DNA of 32,000 nucleotides from Pseudomonas aeruginosa. Lineage in GTDB: Bacteria > Pseudomonadota > Gammaproteobacteria > Pseudomonadales > Pseudomonadaceae. Location: contig NZ_LN831024.1 of NCBI RefSeq assembly GCF_001457615.1, forward strand, positions 2,610,001 through 2,642,000, written 5' to 3'. Below, piece by piece: positions 1 to 8,911 of this stretch. The notes under the pieces are model-generated. The model saw only the letters and a list, made by a program, of their open reading frames with translations, was not told where the DNA came from and ran no database searches. The position numbers were made by a program, and so were the translations under genes. The first letter of the stretch is position 1. The number at the start of each line of letters is the position of its first letter.

Positions 1-267
1 ACCCGCATCGCCGTGGCGCGGCAGATGGTCCACCACGCCGCCAGCCTGCGCGAAGCCGGCCTGCCGTGCCTGACCGAAGCCTCGATGGCCAAGCTGTTCG
101 CCTCGGAGATGGCCGAGGAAGTCTGCTCCGCGGCGATCCAGACCCTCGGTGGCTATGGCTACCTCAAGGACTTCCCGGTGGAACGCATCTATCGGGACGT
201 GCGGGTCTGCCAGATCTACGAGGGCACCAGCGACGTGCAGCGCCTGGTGATCGCGCGCAGCCTGTAG
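1..267 (+). CDS. acyl-CoA dehydrogenase, C-terminal fragment (5' end lies outside the window)
   Basis: Frame 1 is open from base 1 to TAG at 265-267. The translation ...[56 protein letters not shown] is the typical C-terminal end of acyl-CoA dehydrogenases (IYEGTS..Q). Confidence 0.85.
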   Translation, partial: TRIAVARQMVHHAASLREAGLPCLTEASMAKLFASEMAEEVCSAAIQTLGGYGYLKDFPVERIYRDVRVCQIYEGTSDVQRLVIARSL

Positions 268-383
268 CGGCGACTATCCGTCGTTTCCGCAACGGCGCCT
301 TCTCCCTTCAGGGAGAGGGCGCACTGAGGCACCTCGGAAGCAAATGCCCGAGCCTCGTTCGCCCTACGCCCCTTGGCAGGCGC

Positions 384-1316
384 TCACGCCGGCTGCGCCG
401 CCTTGTTCTCGCGCGCGGTGACCTGCTGGCACAGCTCGATGATCTGTTCGCGCATCCAGCGGTTGGCCGGGTCCTGGTCGGTGCTCTCGTGCCAGTACAG
501 GTGGGTTTCCAGTTTCGGCACGTCGCTCACCGGCAGCACCGCGTAGTGCAGGTCGTGGTGACGGGCGAAGCGTTCCGGCACGGTCATCGCCATGTCGGTC
601 TGCTGGACCACCGTGGAGGCCATCAGGTAGTGCTGCGAGCGCAGCGCGATCTTGCGCTGGATGCCCATCTTGCCCAGCGCCAGGTCGATGTAGCCGAGGC
701 CGCTGCGGCGGCTGGAAATATGGATGTGGGTCAGGCCCAGGTAATCGTCCAGGGCCAGCTTCGGCTTGCCCGCCAGTGGGTGGCCGCGGCGCATGGCGCA
801 GACGTAGCGGTCCTCCATCAGCTTGACGTGGCGCACCTGGGGATCGGTGTTCAGCGGCGCGTCGACGGCGAAGTCGAGGCGGCCGGCGGCGAGTTCCTTG
901 GTGGTTTCGCGGCGCTTGGCGAGGAAGCTCTCGATATGCACGTTCGGCGCCAGGCGGCGCAAGCGCTGGAACAGCGGGGGGAGGATGACCGCTTCGGTGA
1001 GGTCGGTCATGCTGATGCGGTAGGTCTTGTTCGCCTGCTGCGGATCGAAGCTGCGGCTCTCCTGCACCGAAACCCGCAGCAACTGCAGCGCGTTGCGCAC
1101 CGGGCCGATGATGTTCTGCGCCATCGGGGTCGGCACCATGCCCTGGGCGGTGCGCACGAACAGCGGGTCGTTGAAGGTCTCGCGCAGGCGGGAAAGGGCG
1201 TTGGATACGGCTGGCTGGGTGATGCCGACGATCTGCCCGGCGCGGGTCAGGTTGGCTTCGGTATAGATCGCATCGAACACGATGAACAGGTTCAGGTCGA
1301 CTTTGTTCAGGTTCAT
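384..1316 (-). CDS. LysR-family transcriptional regulator
   Basis: ORF 384..1376. I trimmed the start to ATG 1316 (MNLNKVDLNLFIVFDAIY...), which places the wHTH (TRAGQIVGITQPAVSNALSRLR) at the usual N-terminal position. It is divergent from the acyl-CoA dehydrogenase at 1490. Confidence 0.85.
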   Translation of the reverse strand: MNLNKVDLNLFIVFDAIYTEANLTRAGQIVGITQPAVSNALSRLRETFNDPLFVRTAQGMVPTPMAQNIIGPVRNALQLLRVSVQESRSFDPQQANKTYRISMTDLTEAVILPPLFQRLRRLAPNVHIESFLAKRRETTKELAAGRLDFAVDAPLNTDPQVRHVKLMEDRYVCAMRRGHPLAGKPKLALDDYLGLTHIHISSRRSGLGYIDLALGKMGIQRKIALRSQHYLMASTVVQQTDMAMTVPERFARHHDLHYAVLPVSDVPKLETHLYWHESTDQDPANRWMREQIIELCQQVTARENKAAQPA

Positions 1317-1372
1317 GGCACTGGCTCCGCGACTTTTCTTGTTATTGGGGGCTTGGATGACCCCCATATGGA

Positions 1373-1387
1373 TCATGAATGTTCATG
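1373..1387. promoter_or_regulatory. putative LysR-type operator (T-N11-A with dyad CATGAA-TG-TTCATG)
   Basis: Palindrome CATGAATGTTCATG at 1374-1387 in the divergent intergenic region 1317-1489. T1373-N11-A1385 fits the generic LysR box. Confidence 0.3.
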
Positions 1388-1489
1388 GACGGAAAAAATA
1401 GACTGGGCAAATCTTAAGCCCTGTTCCGGCATCGTTACCAGCGCCTTTGTCCGATGCCTCGCCTGCCAACCCGTCAGAAGGTATCCCCC

Positions 1490-2719
<1,230 letters not shown>

Positions 2720-2739
2720 CGGCTGTGGTATAGGGGAAA

Positions 2740-2762
2740 GGCCCGCGGATGCGGGCCTTTTT
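2740..2762 (+). terminator. rho-independent terminator after the acyl-CoA dehydrogenase (possibly bidirectional)
   Basis: GGCCCGC (2740-2746), loop GGAT, GCGGGCC (2751-2757), then TTTTT (2758-2762). It starts 21 nt after the stop codon. Confidence 0.8.
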
Positions 2763-2953
2763 CATTCCGGGGACTCCGCCCCTTTTTCCTCGGCGTTGCG
2801 TTCCAGCTGCCACGCGCGACGGCTGTGCAGCAGGGCGGCGAACTCGCGGGCCGCCCGCTCGTTGCGGAAGCAGATCCCGCGCGTGCCGAGGCGGACCCGC
2901 CAGAAAGGTTCAGCGTGGGTGTCCAGACGTTCGATCCAGAGCGTGTTCGGCAT
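2762..2953 (-). CDS. candidate small protein (63 aa), unknown function
   Basis: ATG at 2953 with AAGG 9 nt upstream. About 84% G/C at codon position 3 by my count (52 of 62 codons), which is typical of real genes here. It fills the otherwise empty 150 nt between the TerC stop and the terminator and overlaps the TerC 3' end by 44 nt. I recognised no family. Confidence 0.4.
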   Translation of the reverse strand: MPNTLWIERLDTHAEPFWRVRLGTRGICFRNERAAREFAALLHSRRAWQLERNAEEKGAESPE

Positions 2954-3953
2954 TCGGTTCGGCCTTGTCCTCGACGGTGGCTTTCGGTGTGCGGGTCTTC
3001 AGCAGGGAGAGCAGGATGCCGCCCGCCAGCAGGCCGAAGGTTACGCCAAGCGAGAGGCCGGCGGGAATCTTGCCGATCACACCGTGGAGCATGATCTTCG
3101 CACCGATGAACACCAGCACCAGGGCCAGGGCGTATTTCAGGTAGACGAAGCGGTGGATCATCGCCGCCAGCGAGAAGTACAGGGCGCGCAGGCCGAGGAT
3201 GGCGAAGATGTTCGAGGTGTAGACGATGAACGGGTCCTGGGTGATGGCGAAGATCGCCGGCACGCTGTCCACCGCGAACACCAGGTCGGCCAGCTCGATC
3301 AGCACCAGGGCGAAGAACAGCGGGGTGGCGTAGCGCACCAGCTTGCCGCTGGCGTCCGGCAGGCGGACGAAGAAGTGATGCTCGTGCAGTTCCTTGGTCA
3401 CCCGCATGTGCTTGCGCAGGAAGCGCAGCACCGGGTTGTGCTCCAGGTCGGGTTCTTCCTCGTGCTTGTTGAACAGCATCTTCACGCCGCTGAACAGCAG
3501 GAAGGCGCCGAACACGTACATGATCCAGTCGAATTCCTTCACCAGCGCGGCGCCCAGGCCGATCATGATCGCCCGCAGGACGATGGCGCCGAGGATGCCC
3601 CAGAACAGCACCTGGTGCTGGTAGCGGCGGGGGATGCCGAAGAAACTGAAGATCATCGCCATGACGAACACGTTGTCCATCGATAGCGACTGTTCGACCA
3701 GGAAGCCGGTGTAGTACTCCACCGCGCTGGTGGGGCCGAAGGCGTACCAGACCCAGCCGCCGAAGGCCAGGCCGCAGGCGAAGTAGCCGGCGGACAGCAG
3801 CAGGCTTTCGCGCACGCCGATTTCGTGGTGGTCGCGTTGCAGCACGCCGAGGTCGAGGACCAGGAGAACGATGACGATGGCCAGGAAGGCCAGCCAGAAC
3901 CAGATAGCCGTACCGAGGAACGGTTCGGTGAGAAATGCATGCAGAGCTGCCAT
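2910..3953 (-). CDS. TerC/Alx-family integral membrane protein
   Basis: 347-aa ORF with multiple hydrophobic helices and TerC-like segments (EQSLSMDNVFVMAMIF, ELADLVFAVDSVPAIFAIT). SD GAGGGGG lies at 3958-3964. Confidence 0.9.
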   Translation of the reverse strand: MAALHAFLTEPFLGTAIWFWLAFLAIVIVLLVLDLGVLQRDHHEIGVRESLLLSAGYFACGLAFGGWVWYAFGPTSAVEYYTGFLVEQSLSMDNVFVMAMIFSFFGIPRRYQHQVLFWGILGAIVLRAIMIGLGAALVKEFDWIMYVFGAFLLFSGVKMLFNKHEEEPDLEHNPVLRFLRKHMRVTKELHEHHFFVRLPDASGKLVRYATPLFFALVLIELADLVFAVDSVPAIFAITQDPFIVYTSNIFAILGLRALYFSLAAMIHRFVYLKYALALVLVFIGAKIMLHGVIGKIPAGLSLGVTFGLLAGGILLSLLKTRTPKATVEDKAEPNAEHALDRTSGHPR

Positions 3954-4041
3954 TGGGCCCCCTCGCTTCGAATTGTCGGATGGTCATGTGACTCCGACAT
4001 GGCGGCAATTGCTTACCGTCAGAGGGGCCCGCAGTCACTCG

Positions 4042-4080
4042 AAAAAAATAAACCAGGCTCCGGGCGCCGGCAAAACGGCG
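4042..4080 (-). terminator. probable terminator after the PstS/OmpA fusion gene
   Basis: On the minus strand, a GC-rich hairpin CGCCG-TTTTGC-CGGCG (4080-4065) and a weak CCGG-AGC-CTGG stem are followed by TTTATTTTTTT (4053-4042). The geometry is imperfect. Confidence 0.4.
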
Positions 4081-4102
4081 AGGTTACAAAGTGCTACAGC
4101 GT

Positions 4103-5497
4103 TCAGTAGACCCAGACTTCCACCCGCCGGTTCTTCTGTCGGCCCAGTTCCTGGTCGTTGCTGGCGACCGGCAACTCGTCGCCGAAGCCGGCGATCTCGC
4201 GGAAACTCACGCCGCCGCGGGCCAGTTCGCGGCGCACGGCCATGGCGCGCAGGCGCGAAAGCAGGACCGAGCGCTCGGCGTCGGACTTGGGATCGCCGAA
4301 GCCCACCAGCACGGTGCGCTCCTGCAACTTCCGATTTTGCCGCAGGTAGTCCAGCAAACGCTGTACGTCGAGCAGTGCCTTGTTGTCGAGCAGCGCGCTG
4401 CCTTCCTGGAAGCGGAAGTTCACCGTCAGGCGCCGCGCCTGTTCCGCGAGCTTGCGGTATTCGGCGGGCATCTGCGGGCGCGGTGCGATCTGCACCGCCT
4501 GGATCTTCTGCGCGACGAAGCCGCTGCGGGTGACGATCGCCTGGCCGCGCGGGCCCTGGGCGAAACGTACCAGGGCCTGGGCCCAGGGGTTCTTCTCGCC
4601 GGGCTTCAGGTAGAGGAACAGGCGGCGCGACAGCGGATAGTCCTCGGTGGCGATCAGGCTTTCCTGGGGCGCCATCGGCAGCGATTCGCCGTCGGCGATG
4701 GCCAAGGCGCGGGCCCGGCCCACCGACGCGATGCCGACGAAGCCGATGGCGTGCGGATCGGCGCTCACCGCGGCCGCCAGCCGATCGTTGGATTCGAAGC
4801 GGCGGGCGTCGCTGGCCAGGCTTTTGCCGTGACTGGCCAGCACCAGTTCCTTGAAGGTGTCGTAGGTGCCGGACTGCTCGTCGCGAGCGTACAGGCGGAT
4901 GGCGCCGCCCTTGCCGCCCAGTTCTTCCCAGGTACGCACCTCGCCGGCGAACACCGCCGCCAGTTGCGCGGTGTCCAGCGAGGCCAGCGGGTTGTCCGGA
5001 TGCAGGATGATCGCCAGTCCGTCGATGGCGATCACCTGCTCGGCATATGGGCTGCGCAGGTCGCCGAAGCCGGCCAGGGCGCGAACTTCGCTGTCCTTGA
5101 CGGGACGCGAGGCCGCGGCGAGTTCGGCGTGGCGTTCGAGGAGGGCGGCGAAGCCGGTGCTCGAACCGTGGGCGGATAGCTCCACCCTCACCAGGCGGCC
5201 GTCGCGGCTCTTGCCGAGCAGATGGAGTTCGTTTTCCCGTTCTCCGGGGGTACGGCGGATATCCTCCAGGCCTTCCTCTTCCATCAGGCCCTCGACCAGG
5301 GCCGGCAGGAGCTTCGCGCCGATGGTGTTGGAACCCTGGATGCGCAGCGCCGGCGTGTCGTCCGTGGGGATCGGCAAGGGGGCGGCGAATACCGACCAGG
5401 GGAAGGCGTAACAGAGGAATCCGAGGAAAACCAGGCTCAGGGTACGGCTCCAGAGGTCTTTGTCACTGGCGCGCTGGCGGTGTGGCATCGCGGGCAT
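4103..5497 (-). CDS. secreted fusion protein: PstS-like periplasmic phosphate-binding domain plus C-terminal OmpA-like peptidoglycan-binding domain
   Basis: 464-aa ORF. It has an N-terminal signal peptide (LVFLGFLCYAFPWSVFA/AP). The central region resembles PBP/PstS-family binding proteins (IQGSNTIG..., GSSTGF, SGTYDTF). The C-terminus is OmpA_C-like (VLVGFGDPKSDAERSVLLSRLRAMAVRRELARGGV...NRRVEVWVY). Confidence 0.8.
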   Translation of the reverse strand: MPAMPHRQRASDKDLWSRTLSLVFLGFLCYAFPWSVFAAPLPIPTDDTPALRIQGSNTIGAKLLPALVEGLMEEEGLEDIRRTPGERENELHLLGKSRDGRLVRVELSAHGSSTGFAALLERHAELAAASRPVKDSEVRALAGFGDLRSPYAEQVIAIDGLAIILHPDNPLASLDTAQLAAVFAGEVRTWEELGGKGGAIRLYARDEQSGTYDTFKELVLASHGKSLASDARRFESNDRLAAAVSADPHAIGFVGIASVGRARALAIADGESLPMAPQESLIATEDYPLSRRLFLYLKPGEKNPWAQALVRFAQGPRGQAIVTRSGFVAQKIQAVQIAPRPQMPAEYRKLAEQARRLTVNFRFQEGSALLDNKALLDVQRLLDYLRQNRKLQERTVLVGFGDPKSDAERSVLLSRLRAMAVRRELARGGVSFREIAGFGDELPVASNDQELGRQKNRRVEVWVY

Positions 5498-5556
5498 CGT
5501 CTTCTATGGGGGAAGGGATTTGCCGGCGAGATTAAGTCAGACGGGTGACGCTAAGG

Positions 5557-6462
5557 TTACAGCGTTGGGGAATCATGGCCCTGCGCCATTGTCTCGGTCA
5601 GGAAGTCGAGAAACACCCGGGTCTTGCCGGCCAGTTGGCGCGATGGATAGACCGCGTGGATCGCCGTCTCGTCGGCCTTCCAGTCAGCCAGCAATTCAAC
5701 CAGGCGGCCTTCGGCCAGTTCCGCCTGTACGTACAGCCGTGGGATCAGGCTCAAGCCGAAGCCGGCGAGCAGGGCATCGCGCACCGCCAGGCTGGAGGAC
5801 ACCCGGTAACGGCCGGCGATAGGCACCGCTATGCACTCGCGGTCCTTGCGGAAGGTCCAGCGGTCGGCATGGCCAGAGAGGCTGAAGCGGATGCACTCGT
5901 GTTCGCGCAGGGCCTCCGGCCGCAGCGGCTGGCCATGCTGACTGAGGTAGGCCGGCGCCGCGCAGAGCACGTGCTCCAGGACCAGCAGCGGGCGGGCGAC
6001 CAGGCCGGAGTCCGCAACCCGGTCGCTACCACGCAGGGCCAGGTCGATGCCTTCGGCGATCAGGTCCTGGCGGCCGTCCTGCAGGAGCAGTTCCAGGCGC
6101 AGGTCCGGATAACGCTGGAGAAAAGCCGGAATGGCCGGGGTCAGGCAAGTGAGGGCGAGGGTCAGCGGGGCGCTGACCCGCAGCAGGCCGCTGGGGCCCT
6201 GCTGCATCGAAGTGAGCGCGGCGTCGGCGGCCTCGAGGTCGTCGAGGATGCGCTCCAGGCGCTGCCGGTAGACTTCGCCGGCCTCGGTCAGGCTCATGCT
6301 GCGGGTGGTGCGATTGATCAGGCGCACCTTGAGGTGCGCTTCCAGCTCGGCGACGTTCTTGCTCACGGCGGCCGGCGAGAGATTCATCTGCCGGGCCGCG
6401 GCGGCGAAGCCGCCATTCGCGGCCACGGCGCGGAAGACCTTGAGGGCGGTGAGGTGATCCAC
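5557..6462 (-). CDS. LysR-family transcriptional regulator
   Basis: 301-aa ORF with a GTG start at 6462 (MDHLTALKVFRAVAANGGFAAAARQMNLSPAAVSKNVAELEAHL). It has an HTH plus a LysR effector domain. It is divergent from the VOC gene and sits 59 nt upstream of the PstS/OmpA gene on the same strand. Confidence 0.85.
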   Translation of the reverse strand: MDHLTALKVFRAVAANGGFAAAARQMNLSPAAVSKNVAELEAHLKVRLINRTTRSMSLTEAGEVYRQRLERILDDLEAADAALTSMQQGPSGLLRVSAPLTLALTCLTPAIPAFLQRYPDLRLELLLQDGRQDLIAEGIDLALRGSDRVADSGLVARPLLVLEHVLCAAPAYLSQHGQPLRPEALREHECIRFSLSGHADRWTFRKDRECIAVPIAGRYRVSSSLAVRDALLAGFGLSLIPRLYVQAELAEGRLVELLADWKADETAIHAVYPSRQLAGKTRVFLDFLTETMAQGHDSPTL

Positions 6463-6465
6463 GGG

Positions 6466-6512
6466 GATAATTCACTGTCAGTAATCAATGAATCAGGGAT
6501 TAAACCATTATC
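6466..6512. promoter_or_regulatory. AT-rich divergent promoter/operator region with nested inverted repeats
   Basis: ATTCA (6470-6474) pairs with TGAAT (6489-6493), 14 nt apart. GATAAT (6466-6471) pairs with ATTATC (6507-6512). A T-N11-A is present within TTCACTGTCAGTAA. It lies between the LysR and VOC genes. Confidence 0.3.
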
Positions 6513-6565
6513 AACCCGAGGTGTGCTGGCTAAAGTCTTGCCATAGTCCACGGTCCAAGAGGTGA

Positions 6566-6997
6566 ATGACCATGCAACCCTTCGTCGTCGAACGTCTCGA
6601 TCACATCGTCCTGCGGGTCCGCGACCTGGAACGCAGCATCGCGTTCTATCGCGATGTCCTCGGTTGCGTGGTGGTGAAGTGGCGCGACGACCTGGAGCTG
6701 GCCCATCTGCGCCTGGGCACGTCGATGCTCGATCTGGTCGCGGTGTCCGGGGCGCTCGGCCGGGAGGGCGGTGCGGCTCCGGGTGGGGAAGGGCGCAACG
6801 TCGACCATTTCTGCGTGCGCATCGAGCCGTTCGACGAGGCCGCGCTGGTCGCCCATCTCGAGGGGTTCGGCCTGGTCCCGCAGGTTCCCGCGGAAATCCG
6901 CTTCGGCGCCGAGGGCGACGGCTGGTCGCTGTACTTCTTAGACCCGGATGGCAATCGAGTGGAGCTGAAGGGGCCGCGGGTGGACAATCCTGCCTGA
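6566..6997 (+). CDS. VOC (glyoxalase/bleomycin-resistance/ring-cleaving dioxygenase) family protein
   Basis: 143-aa ORF. LDHIVLRVRDLERSIAFYRDVLG, HFCVRI and LYFLDPDGNRVEL are typical VOC beta-alpha-beta-beta-beta modules. The SD AAGAGGTG (6557-6564) is better spaced for the second ATG at 6572, which may be the true start. Confidence 0.85.
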   Translation: MTMQPFVVERLDHIVLRVRDLERSIAFYRDVLGCVVVKWRDDLELAHLRLGTSMLDLVAVSGALGREGGAAPGGEGRNVDHFCVRIEPFDEAALVAHLEGFGLVPQVPAEIRFGAEGDGWSLYFLDPDGNRVELKGPRVDNPA

Positions 6998-7068
6998 GGG
7001 AAAGGCCCCGCGCCGGATAGGGGGGCGGCGTCGGCGAGATCGCCCGGACCAGGTAGCGATCGCCTGAA

Positions 7069-7097
7069 GGCTCATCCGGGGGATGAGCCTTTTCCTT
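7069..7097. terminator. terminator hairpin between convergent VOC gene and xthA
   Basis: GGCTCATCC (7069-7077), loop GGG, GGATGAGCC (7081-7089), followed by TTTTCCTT on the + strand. Confidence 0.75.
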
Positions 7098-7107
7098 GGG
7101 CTGAGCC

Positions 7108-7920
7108 TCAGGCCAGTTCCAGCCAGATCGGGGCGTGATCGGAGGGCTTCTCCATGCCGCGCAGGTCGTAGTCGATGCCGGCGTCCTTGAAGCGCGACTG
7201 CAGCACCCGGCTGGCCAGGATCACATCGATGCGCAGGCCGCGCTTGGGGTTGTCCTCGAAGCCACGGCTGCGGTAGTCGAACCAGCTGAAGCGGTCGTTC
7301 ACCTCCGGATTCAGGGCCCGGAAGCTGTCGACCAGGCCCCAGTTCTTCAAGGTAGCCAGCCATTCGCGCTCTTCCGGCAGGAAGCTGCACTTGCCGGTCT
7401 TCAGCCAGCGCTTGCGGTTTTCCTCGCCAATGCCGATGTCGCAGTCCTCCGGCGAGATATTGATGTCGCCCATCACCACCAGGGCCTGCTCGGGCTTGAA
7501 GCTGTTCTCCAGCAGCGACTGGAGATCGGCGTAGAAGCGCTGCTTGGCCGGGAACTTGGTCGGATGCTCGCGGTTCTCGCCTTGCGGGAAGTAACCGTTC
7601 ATCACGGTGATCGGGTTGCCCTGGGCGTCGCTGAAGGTGCCCCAGATGAAGCGCCGCTGGGATTCCTCGCCGTCGCTCGGGAAGCCGCGATGCAGTTCCA
7701 GGGGCGCCTGGCGGGAGAGCAGGGCGACGCCGTAGTGGCCTTTCTGCCCGTGGTAGTGGACGTGGTAGCCGAGCGCCTCGATCTCGGCCTGGGGAAACTG
7801 GTCGTCGGCGACCTTGGTTTCCTGCAGCCCGATCACGTCGGGCTGGTGCCGCTCGATCAGCGCCGCCAACTGGTGCGGCCGGGCGCGCAGACCGTTGATA
7901 TTGAAAGAGACGATTTTCAT
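7108..7920 (-). CDS. xthA: exodeoxyribonuclease III
   Basis: Only the last 270 aa of the 601-aa ORF are coding, starting at ATG 7920. [18 protein letters not shown]...VIGLQETK...MGDINISP...[11 protein letters not shown] are the canonical ExoIII/AP-endonuclease motifs. Confidence 0.95.
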   Translation of the reverse strand: MKIVSFNINGLRARPHQLAALIERHQPDVIGLQETKVADDQFPQAEIEALGYHVHYHGQKGHYGVALLSRQAPLELHRGFPSDGEESQRRFIWGTFSDAQGNPITVMNGYFPQGENREHPTKFPAKQRFYADLQSLLENSFKPEQALVVMGDINISPEDCDIGIGEENRKRWLKTGKCSFLPEEREWLATLKNWGLVDSFRALNPEVNDRFSWFDYRSRGFEDNPKRGLRIDVILASRVLQSRFKDAGIDYDLRGMEKPSDHAPIWLELA

Positions 7921-8145
7921 GGTGGGCGTCCTGGCAAAAACAGGAATGCTAGCCCAGCCGGGGGATGCCTGGCGACCCTGGAGGCGCTGTGCTAGTGTCC
8001 GCCGGGTACCCGATGGCTGTGTGGCTTGGCGCCTTGCCGGCCCTGTGGTCTGCCGCGGACGGGGATGGCCAGGCCATCCGCTCGACCAATCGCCGTGGCG
8101 AAGCGTGCGTGTCGCTGCGCCTGCGGCCGACAAGGAATGCGTTCC

Positions 8146-8778
8146 ATGCCTGATCAGGTCTCCGATGTTCGTCTGCTCGACGACGGCTATAGCCGCGAAG
8201 TCCGCTCGCTTTTCTACCACGCCTACCGCCACGAACCGACCTTCGCCTACCTGATGGATGCGCAGCGCGCCGGCTACGACCAGCGCGTGCGTGCCTGCGT
8301 CCGGGAGATGGTCGAGCGCCATCTGGGCGAAGAGTTGCCGGCCATCGGCCTGTTCATCGACGATCGGCTGGTCGCGGCGGCCCTGATCACGCCGCCGCAG
8401 CGGCGCCTGGATATCACCGAGAGCTGGAGCTGGCGCCTGCGCATGCTGTTCAGCGTCGGCCTGGCCGCGACCCGGCGCTACCTGGATTACCACCGGGCGG
8501 TGCAGGCCTGCCTGCCGGTCGGCCCCCACCACCAGTTGCCGATGCTCGGCGTGCATCCCGAGTACCAGGGCAGGCAGATCGGCGAGCAGTTGCTGGCCGC
8601 CGTGCAGCGCTGGTGCGCCGAGGACTCCGCTTCGCAGGGGCTGGTCCTGGATACCGGCAATGCGCGCTACCTGGACTTCTACCAGCGGCACGGCTACCGC
8701 GAGATCGGCGAGGTGACGCTGGGAGCGGTGCGCGAGCACGTCCTCCTGCATCCTGGCGAGACGCCGGCGGCGACCTGA
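8146..8778 (+). CDS. GNAT-like acetyltransferase family protein (hypothetical)
   Basis: ORF 8026..8778. I prefer ATG 8146 ([11 protein letters not shown]...), with AAGGA 9 nt upstream. [17 protein letters not shown] resembles GNAT motif A, followed by [10 protein letters not shown]. Confidence 0.7.
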   Translation: MPDQVSDVRLLDDGYSREVRSLFYHAYRHEPTFAYLMDAQRAGYDQRVRACVREMVERHLGEELPAIGLFIDDRLVAAALITPPQRRLDITESWSWRLRMLFSVGLAATRRYLDYHRAVQACLPVGPHHQLPMLGVHPEYQGRQIGEQLLAAVQRWCAEDSASQGLVLDTGNARYLDFYQRHGYREIGEVTLGAVREHVLLHPGETPAAT

Positions 8779-8911
8779 GCGTTCCCCCGGACGCGCGAGA
8801 AAAGCCATGCCTGTCAGGCGCTTGGCGTCATAAAACCCGAATGTCAGGAGGTGGTCGGCGGCGTCCGCGCAAATCTGGACGCGCGCCACCCGCCTGCGTA
8901 GCATCCGCGCC

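Noticed and set aside
3653-4000. ATG at 4000 as a leader peptide for the TerC gene
   Set aside because: The ORF does not terminate in the leader. It runs 115 codons out of frame into the TerC coding region, so it is not a short regulatory uORF.
4051-4063. 13-mer AACCAGGCTCCGG shared with 20492-20504, and TACAGCGTT shared between 4095-4103 and 5558-5566, all at the 3' ends of minus-strand genes
   Set aside because: Matches of this length are expected by chance in a 32-kb GC-biased window. There is no extended similarity around them.
3954-4102. Canonical yybP-ykoY Mn2+ riboswitch upstream of the TerC-family gene
   Set aside because: I could not find the conserved core elements of that class by eye. 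I report only a generic SD-sequestering structure. An Rfam scan is needed to settle this.
8789-8885. Repeated 9-mer GGACGCGCG (8789-8797 and 8877-8885) and repeated TGTCAGG upstream of tamA
   Set aside because: These are short GC-rich words that are common in this genome type. They show no symmetry or phasing that would suggest a binding site.
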